Of a stretch of 64,000 nucleotides of DNA, positions 35,701 through 50,700 are shown piece by piece (position 1 is the first letter of the stretch; the number at the start of each line of letters is the position of its first letter). Under the pieces are notes generated by a model, which saw only the letters and a list, made by a program, of their open reading frames with translations, was not told where the DNA came from and made no database searches. The translations under genes and the position numbers were made by a program. This DNA is from Phoronis australis (lineage: Eukaryota > Animalia > Phoronida). The DNA is taken from positions 124,001 to 188,000 of the forward strand of contig NMRA01000579.1 in the NCBI GenBank assembly GCA_002633005.1, given 5' to 3'.

Positions 35701-38700
35701 TCCAGGAAATTCAACGCAAAAAATAAATACACATTACGGTTACGTAGGAACCTCGAAAAATGTCCAAATTTGACTAACTCCACATCATACCTAAGAAGAT
35801 TTAGATCAAATAAAAATTGCTCATATTTTCGATATCGTTGTTTTGCTACGAACCTACATCCCTTTTCTATTAAATTGCACTACAGAGAAACGGTCATGAG
35901 ATCTGATTAATGGCAAGAAATCTAAAATCAAATTCTAAGTGCTTTCTACCTTCAGAAAATATATACTTTAACTGGTCCAAAATCTATAGTTTTGTAGAAA
36001 TTTGGCTACATAGACAGACCTGTCAGTAAGTTTTCTTTAGACAAAGAGGCGCAGACATGCTTTTTGGTCTAACCCAGGAACCAATCGTATGTCGCTTCTA
36101 AATCAAGTAAAGTGGTTACACCACCATATTGGAATTTCCATTTGCGGCACATCAGCTTTAGAAAATACTGTTGAAAAAATAAACAGCCAAGGATGATAAA
36201 GAATGAGGGTGAATTATGACTCACCTGAACCGGAATGATGTAGACCGCCTAAAGGGACCTCCTCCTGAAACTATCTTCTTAGCTTCTGATGACCTGTCCA
36301 AGCTAGAGTAGTAAATAACAGAAAATTAATATTGAGTGGTAGAGTAATTATACGATTGCACAATAGAGGACAGCTACAGCGAGGTCTGTATGGGAGAGGG
36401 GAAGGTACTTACAAGTTGTGCTTGAAAGAAATAAAATACTACCAGCTGTTGGTGTTTCTGATCCATGAATCTGTTGCTTTTACGATATCTTCACGCAGCT
36501 AACTACGTGTATACCAAACCAAGTTTCTAAGCTTTATCTATGATGGATTCGTCAATGGATTTACGATGCGCTACTGACAATCCATTCCGTAATTAGTAAT
36601 TCCAAATGATCAACACAGGATGGGATCTGAATAACACAATCCACAAGCATGTTAATTGCTTTAAATATGTGACCAGCTTCTTGCCTTTAGGACTGGGGAA
36701 CAGGGACGACTGATGGTGATAGCAATATTTAAACACACAGTGTTACTGTACTATAGGTCGACTTGGCTTATCTAGAGACTTTATGTTCTCGCTAACACTT
36801 CTGTAGCCAGACCGCTTAGAGATTCGACAGCGTTCAGCCATCATTTTGGGAAATTCTGGGTCATTTTGTCTTCGTATTTTTGGCGTTTACTGTAATAAGA
36901 GCTATCTCATCAAAGTGCGTGAAACTTCATTATGCATAACATTGGCTAGCGCATCTCATTCCATACATACGTAAAGAAGGCTTGCTGCTCCACCGCACAC
37001 TTCCACAGATGTTTACAAGCGCTGTATGTGGGACAACGGTAGCCGACCAGCATCTTTTTCTGTAAACAACAAATAAAATGTCTTCATGAAAATACAAATT
37101 TCATTGGGTAGTAAAGTCAGTATCAAGGAATACCATAATATGAAACATGCACTTCAGATAGCTATAATATACAGCCATCAGTTTCACATACCTATATTCC
37201 TTTAGATGGAAAAAGAATGATGTTAAAGTTAATAACACGGCACATGATATCATAGATCAGTAAGACCCACCCATCCTCCATGTGAATTATGAACCCTTTG
37301 ATGTCGAAGGCCACTGTTATCACTATACAGGTCATAGATCAATGCAATCAGATATCAGTTTCACATACCCGTTTTCCTCTACGCCCATAACGAACATCTT
37401 GTTGGTGAAGAGCAATGTTGCCATTGCCCAGCTCAAAGGTTCAATGCATACAGAGATCAGTTTCACATACCTCATCATCGTCTGTGCCATAAAAACATCT
37501 CATTGGTGAAGGACAATGTTGTCATGACACAGAGATCAGTTTCACATACCTCATCATCGTCTGTGCCCATAAAAACATCTCACTGGTGAAGGACAGTGTT
37601 GTCATGACACAGAGATCAGTTTCACATACCTCATCATCGTCTGTGCCCATAAAAACATCTCACTGGTGAAGGACAATGTTGTCATGGCACAGAGATCAGT
37701 TTCACTTACCCCATCCTCCTCTGTGTGTATAACGAATGTCTTGCTGTTGAAGGCCAGCTTGGTGATAGCGTCCCATCGGAAAAGGTTGCTCCTCTTGTTG
37801 GAGTGGAATGTGACCACACCCAGGTGGGTGATCCCCAGGTACATGGACAGGCCCTTAGTGTCTTGGACCTGGTGCGGGTCGACACCATATGTGTCCAGGG
37901 CACATGCACGTTTCAGGAATTGTTCCTCAGCTTCAGACGGGACCAGGCCGCTGAAGACAGAAAGATAAAAGGTCAACGGACATGGCAACGAGACCATGAG
38001 AAAGTTCCAGTGACCTAGTTTCTAGTGCTGAAAGCACAATCTCGCTAGTTCTCGCAAAATCATGCGAGTGAAAAGGTGAGTGTTTTGCAGGTATGCTCCG
38101 GAGCTTGTTAGTCTATCCTAGCAAAATCGTAGACACCAAAGAATGCACCCTTGGTCAAAAGCAAGACAGACATGGCAACATGTCAAGTTCCCAAGGGAAA
38201 AGCCTACAGAAGAACAACTAAATGGTAGGATTTAAGTTACAAGCAAGTGTCAAAGGTGAAGTCGCATCTCAAGGTCCCATGTCGAGGTCAAAAGTGAAAA
38301 AGCTATATCAACAAGAGCAAGAGAATGGTAGAACTGCAGTAAAGACAGGGTCAAAGGTTAAAGGTTGCGACCACACATCAAGGTAAAAAAATTAAAAAGT
38401 TGTTGCAACAAAGCAAAGTAAATCAAGAGAAGATAGCGGCAACAAAACAACATGAGGTGACAGGTCAGGCTATGTTAAGAATACTGTGCCTAAAGTATGG
38501 TGGTCATTGGAAAACCATGGCCGCTTTAAAGTGGAACTTGCAGGCTATCTCATTATCTCTGTGGTTGCTAGGCCAAATTAATTAGAAACACAACATATAG
38601 CGATGATGTGAATATGAAGTAGGTTGAAAATTGCCAAATGTTTCTAAGGACGTGTTTTGTGGCGAAACTGATCTGCCGCAAATCACTGAACTGTGTCCAG

Positions 38701-41700
38701 TAAGTATCATGATGTGGTACTGGGGAATAACGCTGCATGATGCTGGCTATCTGAGCCCGCGAGGTACGTCATTAGGGCAAAGGTCCCCTTTATGCAAATT
38801 TTTTTGCTTTCACATTTACAAGTTGTCAGTGAAAACAACTGTACTTTGTTTAACGTAAATGATGCTTAAATAGCATTGTTGTTCAGTTCCTGCTTTATAT
38901 GAGCATAGTTAGGAGCATGCAAATACATCTTTAATCGAAAAGAGAAAAGGAATGTTTATCAAATTGGAATTACCATTAAATGATGCATTGTCTGACCTTT
39001 GTGGCAAGTGACAAGTGAAGAGCTCCAATTAACACAGTGGAAACTTTTTTGGTTCTCTTGTGCTATTTCCCAACAAGAACACACCATTAAACTTTTACAA
39101 GATTTCCCAATAAACTTCGTATATCCGCGTTTTAATACCAACTAAAAATAGTTGACATTTACACTAGCGCATAACAAGTCTTAGCCAGGAGTGCAATATG
39201 ATGCCAAATATTAATCAAGACAATATGATCACAAGTCTGAACAGGGTGGGTTTTAAATACATCAAAAGCCACTTAACTTGATGTAAGGATCATTGAACGG
39301 CAACATGTGTATCGATTTCAGAGACAGGATGAGCTAGTAAGAGGCTGATGTCATCAACCTGGGTAATAAATATTTCTTCAAAATACGTGTTCGTTGCAAC
39401 TATGAAAAACAAATTTTAAACGTTAGGTTATAGTGCAGAAATAAGCATTTGAAAAATAAAAAGGAAATTTTGGCCATTCTATTACTGCAAAAAATTAAAA
39501 AGATTCATAATCTCGATTTTTTCCTTAGGACAATAGTGGGTTTGATCAAACTAACACCCGTGTGTGTTTGTAGAGTGTTTATTTTTACAAAAAGGGTACG
39601 GTGTCCTAATTACAAACCATTGATCATTGAAAGAAGTTCACTCACTTCCAGGAAAATGTAGTCACATTTGTATTTTTGAAATTTTATGACATTTGATTAA
39701 AGTCTTGTTGAATTGGTTAGCGTGTGCCCACACATGTGTGTTTGTGTGCGTGTGTGTGTTTGTGTGTGTGCATATTTGACTAAAACCCTCTTACATTGGG
39801 TGAAACAGAAAGTTATTTAAACAAGGCGAGCTCCCAATGAATTTACAAATAACTAACCTCAGTGTTTTGTGGATCTCCATAATCTTATCTTCGTCCGTGA
39901 TCGTCTGACGAGGTAACATCTTGAACTTAGTTACATAACCTGCGGGACAGTCCTCTTCATGGTAGTCACCAACCTCCGCTGAAAAGAAATGAGGAAATGA
40001 CATCAACCAACTTTTCTCCAAAAATCTATGAAGGCAGTAGGAAATACTTCCGTCAGCAGAAGATTCATCACTCAGATGAGCCAAATGAAGAGAATCGTCA
40101 ACGACATAACTAGCAATACACGACATTTTTCCTTCCTTCCTACCGACATACAGGTTTTCTCAATTTACGAAATACTATTTGCGTATTTATTCACTGCGTA
40201 ATTAAAAGCGTGTATAATTGTATGTAAAAGTTTATGTGTGTGTGTGTATATTTCCTAGTATGTAGATACACGTAACATATTGAATAATGTAGGTGTATTT
40301 ATTTATACTAACGAAATAAAGTATAAAAAACTGGATGTCAAACGAGCCATTACAACTTCTGGATGAGATAAAACAAGTAATAATAAAAAACCTTAGGCCA
40401 AAAAAGAGCACAATTGGTTCTGGTCTGCACTACTCATTTTGAAACCTGCATATCACAGCTGACATCACGTGGCACTGGGGAAAAAAAGAATCCTGACCCA
40501 TTTCAGTAAGCATCGTCTGAAGCTGCGGGTAAAAACAGAAAGAAGGGCCCTGACCCACTTCAGCAGGCTTTAGGTGACCTTGGGTAGAAAAAAAGATGGA
40601 TTCTGACCCACTTCGGCTGACACCACGTGAATTTTTCTTTTTTAAAATCTGAACAACTAAAATACCACAGCAATTCTGATTAAAACAACATGAACCAAAC
40701 CTGTGCTACTTTTTGGATTAAGTTGAGAAACGAACTTTGACAATTTTTTATTTCTTAGTTTATAATCTGTCTTTTAGACAGTGAGCGAGGAGAAATGACT
40801 CCTTAACAAATATGCCCCCAGCACACTAATACAACCACAAAAAGCAACGAAACTAGCCTCACTTTAGTCTCTGCTTGTGAGAGACTAAAGAAATCACCAC
40901 GGGTTGTTACAAGGATAAAAGTGACGTTACCAGAGAGATAAGTCTCAGAGCGGAATCAAAGTTGCAACGCCACGGCTGTATTCTAATGGTCTGCCAGAGG
41001 AGCTAAACCGACTCATTAAATGGCAGAATAATTTAAGCGTATATAACAGGTAAGTCATCACACAAGATGTCAGCAAATTTCTGGCATTATAATATAATCA
41101 TATATTAAACTTAAATGCATATTGATGTTTTATAGCTCTGGTCAAAGCTAACAAGTCAATCCCCTCTGACAATAAGCCCAAATAATGCTTTTGGCCCAAA
41201 AACTGAGCCTGTCCCCTTAAACAGTTACACATAAGTGCAAACAGGGTATCCAAGGAGCCTCGTTTATATTCTGACTGACAGCACTTGAGAGGGCGCCACT
41301 TACACTGAATGATGTAGGCAGCCAGCGTGTTGGCCTCGGTACTTGAACACAGCAGACGACCGTGGTGAAGGTCGCGGCGTAGCTGGAGAAACAGCGAGTA
41401 CCTGAAATAAATATGTCAATATGATGCATGGCAGTAACGTAGGACCCTAAAAAAATTCCAATTTCGGCCAAATTCTGAACATCGTATTTCAGAAATGGCT
41501 GATCACATTCACAAGAAACTCTCAGATACTGTGCTATAAACTGTTCTTGAAAATCTTGTTGGTGTTGGATTTGAAATGTTCCACTTTTGCATGAGGGGAT
41601 ATGAAAAACTCTGACTTATATGCAGTCACTGCAACTTTTTTAATCTCGCCGACTTCCTCACCGACGTAGTGCAGCCTCCAGCACACTATTTAATTCCTTG

Positions 41701-44700
41701 CTTGCGTAAGGACGCATTAACGTAACAAGAAAACAGAGACTTGCGTAACTGCAACAAGAAAAAAACCCCGAAAACGGAACCTCCTGGTGTGAACCCCTAT
41801 GGGAGTATAATATAGTGTTTTTAAACGACACAAATGGACTGAATGCAGCTGCTCCAACAGGGCAATAGTCGGATATAATGTGCCCACACTTTGAGAACCA
41901 TTTTGATGCATGGTAATTGAGTGGAGAAAACTGGTTCTCAAAATGTGAGCACGTTATGTATGACTATTACATTCCAACAGTTCAGTCTCAAACAGTCACA
42001 CTTTTTCTGTTCTTCCACGATCCATAAATTGCTTCTAGTCTGGGTAAGGAACTATTAGATCTGAACTCGCAGTTTTGGACATCGAAGTATCATTAGAAAT
42101 TTGTTAAAATCTCCGGTTTTTCATTCTACATGGATATTGTCTCATGTTGCAAAAGACAGATCATCTATTAATAGACGTTTCTTACGTTAATTGTCATAAT
42201 AACAATCATAAAACTAATTACCACGTTAATTTATTAACGCTCATTAGATGCATTGAATCGCATTGATATTCTTATTCAAATTGTCATTCGTACACACAGA
42301 TTGCGTGCACTCTCTACACCAATCAGCTGCAATTAAACGACATTGATCAGACTTGCAATTAGATTAGATATTGCAATTGTGCGTACTGGTGCAGATCACT
42401 TGAAAATGGCCAAACAGAAACTATGGGCTCATAATACGTCATTATTGATTTGTTCTTAAGCAAAGACACCACCAAGCTGCAACTAGCATAATTACAAGAA
42501 TCTGGTGATTTATCTGCAAACCACTCTCATGGATTGAAGACACAGTCATCTGCAGTCACTCACCACAATTTTCGCAAAAAATGTACCAGGGTCCGGTTTT
42601 CACAAAAATATGCATACAAGAGAAAGTGGTTTCTACGGTGACCGTACCTATTGCCACAGGAGTAAAATAAAAACTCTGCCACGCAAGTCCAAAAATTTTC
42701 AAAATTCAATATTTACGGTAGAATCTCACCAATTTAGGACACCATGAATGTTTTATTTTTTTCAATTTTTCATCAAAAGCAAGTAGCACTAAATCAGTGC
42801 TTCATAATTTTTACTTCTCTTTACCATGGTAACTAGCAGACAATGTTTTTCAGAAACTGTGGGGATTTGAAAACCATGCTATAACCTTTTGAAAAAATAA
42901 AAACATCAATTTCGTCAATTGGTTTTGTCCAAAATTAGTGCTATTTAACCATACCAACAGTAATGCAAAAAAAATTGTTAAAAGCCATACAAATTAGCAA
43001 AAGATGCTATACATGAAATGCGCTCACCTTGTGACCTCTTCCTGTAATTTCATTGGGTCGTCGGGGTAGAACTTGACACGGAAACACACCACTAAAGGCG
43101 ACACATCTGCAATGAACACGGAGATTAGCCTAGTTCCCACCTCAGTCAGCTTTGTGCAAGTCAGAAATACAGTCTACAATGACGCGAGGTGACCAGCCTG
43201 ATAGGAGTCGCTACTTTCACATTTAAAAAGTGCTACATAGAATACTTGTTGGCTAGTCTCTAGGAACTAGTCTACACCAATTGGTAAGTATGCAGTTGAT
43301 CTTTGTGTGGATAATGAAAGCTGATGTGGGCCGTCACTACAGCCTAATTTGTAGAAACCCAGTCATTCAATACAGAATCAATGTCAGGCAGACGATCATC
43401 TGCTCAATAAACTGGAGGATGATTTTGACTACCTCCTTAACTGGATACAATATGAGGCCAAAAAAAGCAAAGTTGTTCCTGGCCTGTTTTTTGAATCTGT
43501 ATAAGCCAAAAAGCCATAGTTGGTCCTGGTCTGTTTTTCTGAAATCAAGTCGGAGGTGAAATGATTTTTCAGTTGCTCAATTTTTCAATAAAAGAACATC
43601 CACCTGAGATGAACAAACAAGATGCGGGATTTGCTGTTTTTCGTTCATCGATTGGTAAATTGTGGTTTTCCAAACCCTGCTTACCCTTTGTTATATGACT
43701 TTGTGCAGCTTTTCAAAAAAAACCCTGCAACGCTTCATTAGAATTTGATGCGTGTTGTTTTATTCTATTTTCTTTTTTTCTTTTTAGTCATTGAGCACAG
43801 GTCTCGGGATAGCAGGCAAAGTGGAAACTGATGAAAAATTGACGACTAGACCCTGGCTCCAGACAAAGCCTGACAGCATACGCACGTATACATCTCAAGC
43901 TCATTATTTGCAGTATCAGATATCCTTCTGCCAACATGCTAAGACCAAACAACACAGTCATATTCTGCAAAAAAGCCAAGATGCACAAGTCAATATTCAT
44001 TGATGTTAATTTGACATTTTGCTTTCATCTGCATTTAATAGATACAATATTGTGAAGCCTGGTATACAAAGCCATGGCTTTTACATAGAGTAGGGTCATA
44101 TAATGAAATCGAATACAAAACCTCCAAATGGGGTCGCTCGAATTCTGGCATTCGTGGAAATCAGAATTCATTCAAATATGAAATTTGAAAGACATGTTAC
44201 ACTGTTTTTCTAATATTTTCAAGAAATGGTTTTAGCCTACTAATGTAGAAATCTGGCAGAGAACAGCAGCAGAAAGAATGTACCAACAAGTAATGTCAGC
44301 CGCGAAGAGACGGTAAATCCGCCAGGGTCTAAAGTCGGTCATAATTAATAAATTTGACAGATTATCAACAGTATTTATTTTCGGTACTCACAAAATCCAA
44401 TTAAAATTCCAGTATCTATTACTAAAATATGTAAATTCCTTTAGATACTACCAATTTCTCGAAAGAGTCTATTCAGTTTATTTCGTTTGTTTCTTTGTCA
44501 TGGTAGAAAACCGTGCACTCCGCTACGTATGGCAGAGGGGGCTTGGGTTGTGTATTCCTTACGTGCGTGTACTTACATTTCATTTGCCTGTGTACAGTCT
44601 TCAGGGGGTCTAACCAGTGCTGTGGAGACGAGAGAAAATAAAGTGGCAAATCAAATCACATCAGTCCACGGAGCACTAAAGTACGCTAAAATCTCACCAA

Positions 44701-47700
44701 TTTCGGACAAAAAAAATTTGCCAAACTTAATCTTTTATCATTTCTCAAAGGCTTTTTAACATGGCTGCGAATACCCATAAGTATGGCTACTTTTCACCTA
44801 TTTAGTACATACTATGGCGGCGGAGCCAAATTTAATTTTGTTAAATTTTTCAACAAAAATACGAAATTAAGAAAATGTCAGCTGATATTACAATCATGTG
44901 TACTGTGCAGATGTCAAAAAACAACATCTGGTTTAAGGTTTATCTATTATTTACAGCATGGTACATCTGCCTTTAGAAAAATAGCAAAAATTACAATTTT
45001 CGAAATTTACTTTTTGCTTAACATAAGCATAAAATTACCGCACTCAAAACCTGATGTCAATTAATGGAATAAACTGGAAATTGATAAATCATATTGATTT
45101 GATGCTGTGAGTCTTATACGAAAAATTGGGAAGATACAATATTACCTATCCACCACATCGTATCCAAAATTGGTGAGAGTGTTCTGTATCTGAGTTTGCA
45201 AAGAATTTCAAGGCAAGTTAAATATCTGCTTCACACAAAGAATTGTGTCATATAGGTCATGAATTAGACACTGACAAATGGACAACCAGTTAAAATGAAA
45301 ATCTTTAATGGCTTTCACTGTAAGCTGCACAGTTGGATATTTACAACAAAACATTGAAATTGATTTTTCCGCTCCATATACGGTGCACAATCTACCATCA
45401 CTTGTAGCCATCACTGGTGATAGCATGCTGTGCTGGTCAGTGGTCCCTGGATGTCCAGGCGATGTCAGTGACCAGCCTGACAGCATAATGACTGAAACAA
45501 GGCTGTAATCCTATAAGGGTTCAGTTTAGAACTATAAAAGTCAACAGCTTGATTAGGCAACAGTTCTGGCTGTTTCATAATTCTCTAGTAGCCTTCAGGT
45601 AGAAACACTCGTAGTATGATTGATCTAGTTTTCAAAATGAAGGGTGGCACACAAACTTCTGAGCCGAGTAAGACAAGCGAGGAATGATTGATCAGGACTC
45701 ATTAATGACTTTTCATTGTTTACTACATCTGCAATGCATCTCACAAAGCAACAGTAAAACTTTATTGCAGAATAACAAATGTCAAACTGATCTTGGCAAC
45801 AGCCACTGTGTTGTTAGCAGACAATACCCCGCGGCCTTGAAAACTAAGTCAATCATACGGCGCATTTTTACCTCCGCAAAAGAGGAGAGTTGAATTCGAG
45901 TAGTTGGAATTGCTCAACTTCATAAATGTCCCTTGTTCCAGAAAACAGAACAAACTAAACATAAGCGCAGGAAAACAACACATTATGCCAATCGGGGTTA
46001 GGCTGAGCTAAATACCAAACTGTAGGTGCCCGGTTGTCAACAAGTCTTTTTAGGGATTAAGGAAGTTGTTATGCGTCCAAAGTCCGATTGGACTGTGGGA
46101 CATTGTCCCACCACAGCAGACTACCCACACGGGTACAGGTATACCGTAGCCATGTGGGTTGATGCCCATGATCAAGTAAGTGCCCACCTATACTTTTTGA
46201 AAATCAGGCTTGACAATTGGCCTGCATGCATCGAAGCCACGCCCATCTCAGTGACAGCACCCATCAATCAATTCAAGGGGAGTGATTTTATTGTCGGATG
46301 AAATTGTCAAGATTGAAGACAACTTAATGATTTTCAGTTAAGAGCCTATGACTCTAGCTGGCGCTCACGCGTCATTTACTGCACCAAATTCATTTTCAAA
46401 ATACAGTAATGCGCACTTTCAGATGCAGAATCTGAATCAATGGTCAGGTTATCGAAATTGAATTTTAAGTAGCACATAGTCAGCCACAGTCAAATCCCAG
46501 TTTTGTTTACCTTCTTAGGCACAGTGACATTAGTGACATGCAGCAGGTAGTCACTGCCTTGGTAGCTAACTCAAATCAACTGATAATGGATATCTGCTCA
46601 AAGTCACAGTGATTTAAAGTATTTAATCTCCATGCAAAATTGATTATTAAAAGATAAACACCACAAGTCAGAAGATTTTTTACTAGTGAATTTCGCAATG
46701 CATCGTTCAAACGCCTTAATCCGTCATTTGAACAGGGCATACGCCTCGAGAAAGTTTTTGACAAGACGATTTTCTATCATTCGAGTTGCAAAATTTTAAC
46801 AGGACATCTATCTACCTAATTTTGCATCTACAACGACCTTGATGACAATTGTAGGAGAGGTCAGTCTAGAATTTTGGTGAGTAATCGTTTTTAATGTACA
46901 TTTTCTCCTTCCTCAAAATGCATCTTCAAATATTCGAATACATTTGTTGGTTAGAGAGTGCCAATTCACTTTTCACCTCGGCGACTACTGCAACAAGCCT
47001 CACATCAAATTCTCTAACCTTTGGATCTGTGGACTTCAACTTCATAGATCATCAGTGGTCAAGGTAACTGACTGTCTGACTCAGGTTAAGTGCCCATGTT
47101 TGGGTATAGCGCCCGCCCCCAATTTACGCCCATGCCTGGGTTAAGTGACCCCTCCCCCATTTCCAGGCTCACCAATTCAAGTGTGGAGGATATTAACCCA
47201 AATGTTTACGGTACATTGCCAATCACCAGGTGGCCAGCAGGAACAATATCCCACAAACCTCTGCTTTGGGATGCGCATGCATCAGCTATCGTCTATGCGT
47301 GAAAAGGTCAGAGTCATAGACATAAAAGCGCAGGAATTGCAGCCAATTAGATTAAGCAGTGCACACATGTGACTCTGTCTATTCACCACACACACAGTGC
47401 TCTCTACAAAAGGTACAAGACTGCACAGCTCTACAACAGGTAATTACAGTCAAACCAAGGCAGGTGAAGGTGTGCAGTATAACTGAATACAATTAGTCTA
47501 ATGAACTTGATACCTACTCTGCGCCATGACAGCTCCTAACAGAGGTGTAAAGCATGAACAAGAAGGCAAACTGAAGGCGCAGGCTTGATGATTGGCCTGC
47601 AGGCATCAAAGCCACACCCATCTCAGTGACAGCACCCATCAATCAATTCAAGGGGAGCGGTTTCATTTTTGGATGAAATTGTCAAGACTGAAGACAATGT

Positions 47701-50700
47701 ATGTAATTTGCATGTTACGGAGAATGGTGGCCGTAACTGGGATGTTGAACACATGAACACACAAGCATTGATAGACACCGTGATTTTCATTATCCAAAAA
47801 CAAAGAAATTCGTTGAAGCAAATACTAAAGTTTGCTTTTTAATTGTGTACATAGGCAAAGTTTGTTTTACCGCTTCAAAGAAGTAGACAACATAATAAAA
47901 ATGTTCTGGGAATAACCTTCCGCTGAATTTATGGCACAACTCCATTTAACCGATAACTTGCGGCACGCCATACTCATCATTTCTCAAAGCAAAAAAACAA
48001 TAGCGACAACTTCACAAAGAGTAAACAACAACTTGAATGAAAAGGTCAGTTTGCTGCAGCTATCTCGCATCACCAATTTGATGAACTATATTAACTTTTG
48101 GTTATTAAAATAAAACAGAAAAATTGGAGTTCCACTAAAAACTACTAACTCCGCGGAAAAATGTCCAATTCTGTGAATTCCGTTGGTTTCCATTGTCGCT
48201 GAAAATCAGGGTATCTACATTACAGGAACATCACAAAAAACAAGACAAAACATCTTCAAGCTCAAAAACTCTCACAAATCGTGCTTCAATGTATAATTCC
48301 AAACTGAATATCTAACTGTCCATAGCAAACCCAAGTTTGACTGTTGTAGCCTAATCTCAAAAATGCAACACACAGGCACCAAAATGCACCAACCAATCTA
48401 AAATGTAAGGAAGCTGTCTCTAGAGGCATAAATATAAGTATGTTAAGCGGCAAACGGCAAAGCAACAAGTAGCGCCACCAACCCTTTGTTTCTCAGCATC
48501 AACATAGCGAAGTCCGAAGTAATCCTTCTCGACCAAGTTGAGTTCATCGCACACTTTGTCCAGCAACCACTCCCCAGTGTGATGTTTCTGTAAGTAAAAG
48601 AAGACACTCAATATCTCCGTATCATGCAACAACAGTGGCGATCGGAGAGACCAGAATTCAAGCAATTCTTTGCTTTTCAAGCGGGCCCAGTAGGAAATAA
48701 GTACTTGAACAAAAATACAGAGAGCTATGTACAATTAGATTGAAAAGATTAATGGATAAAATAAATTAGTATAAAAATTAGTTAATATGTACAGTTAGAT
48801 GAATAAATAAGATAAAATAGAGTAAAATAATGATGAGCTGAGGCCTACAGACCCGAACCACGCACAAAGTCCCAGTAATTCTGTTTGAAGACGTGGACAT
48901 TGGGCGCATTTGCAACAGCAGTCCCCAGCCCGTTGTAAGTCACAGCACCTCTGTAGGCAAAAGTTCTTTTGCCACAATTATTTTTAGGTTTTGCACCACT
49001 GGAATTTCTCATGTTATTTGATTAATTCGCATTAACTGCATGTATTTGACCTCCCAATGTCAACAAAGTTTCACTGGTGTACTGTGGGCTACAAGTTGGA
49101 CAACAGAAAGTTGGGTAAAATTGGTATCTGTAAAACAAGTCCACAATAACAACACGTTTTCCTACCTCCAGGACAAAGATTTCCATTTGGGCCCGTCCTA
49201 TCAATAATGTGACACCAATTGCATCGGTGGCAATAAAAGGAGCAGGTAATTGTTATTAGCAACTAAGGTTTTTCACTTGTTATCCTCTGTCGCATCCATT
49301 TGTGGGATTTCCCATATACTAGTATTTTGTTCGCCTGGATTTTGAATGTGAACCGGCACTCCCCCCCACCCTAAACGGCAGATTAACAGATCTACATTCC
49401 TGAGTGATAGCAACGAAAGTGTATGAAGATGGAGTTCAGGTGTAGATATTTACTTCCATTCAGAAAGCGCATGAGTCATCTAATCCAAAGGGTGAAAAGC
49501 ATTTCACATTTGAATGCTCGCAAGACCTTTGACCTGCCCGTTACCCTTCGACCCCAAGTCAGCCGACAGATCTGCCTAATCTTAGGGTGAAAAGCCCACA
49601 TTCCAATGACATGATTAGTGGTTAGGCTCTCCTTGCTCATGGTGATCACATGTGATTGGTCATAATATTGACACAATATCACATGTTAACCACAACAGCT
49701 AGAAATTATGTCTGTGAAACAGGACACTCACTTCAAGCATACTGCATGATCAGAAGTCCTATTTATGACAGTCCTCCAAATCGAACAGACTCACCACAAA
49801 ACAGGACCTAGGGAGTCAAATGGGACTAAAGACCAGAAAATGGGACCAATACACCTAAAAACATGACCACCACGCCACAAAACAGGACCGCTGGGGACGG
49901 AACATGAGCGTCTGACAAAATGTGTGTGATACAGGTTATGACAATACTATACCCCCAAGAACCAGTTATCCTCGAACACGTTTTGACTTGTCTAAAACAT
50001 CAAATTGGACAAATTGAGTCGCTATTTTGTTCTAAAACTAACACAAAAGTCTTATTTCTGTCATTTAAAACAATTCCAGACGTGAATGAGGCAAGTTCAA
50101 TTACAAAAGCTGCTCATAACACTACAGTAGAGTAAAATTGCACAAATGTACGATATAATTTTGACAAATGAATCTCATATTCACAACTTTTATAAAACTT
50201 TGTGTAGCAAGCAGTTTGCTTCATTCACCCCCAAATGAGATGCTGGGCTGCGTAACACAATGTAAGCACTACCAACAACGTTTTGAAAAATTATTGCCAT
50301 TCACACCAGGTATTATAGGAGCTTTAATAAACGATTGATACCAGCACTTATTTTTGTAAGAAATTGGTGAATTTTACCACACATGCAAGTTGGCATTCCT
50401 AATTTGACATGATGGTAACTTGGGTTTCATGATGTTTTGTTCCCACCAATCCACCTAAATACTACAGAATGGAAGTTTTGTCAAGTAGTTGTTAACACAT
50501 CGCAGCTTAGAAATAAATAATTTATACCATGAAGTGTCTTTGTAACTAACAATTAAGTAAATATTCTCAGTAAGGGCCTTTCATACTAACGTCGACACGT
50601 CAACGGTTTGGGAGTTGCGGCCAGTATGAACGCTTAACTCCGGTCCTGGATCGCAGTTAACAGCTCCAGTTAACATCGCAGTTAACAGGTGGATTTAATA

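Noticed and set aside
37440-37700. Regularly spaced repeats as a CRISPR array
   Set aside because: Units are fully tandem with no unique spacers, the context is a eukaryotic intron, there are no cas genes, and the units derive from the adjacent exon.
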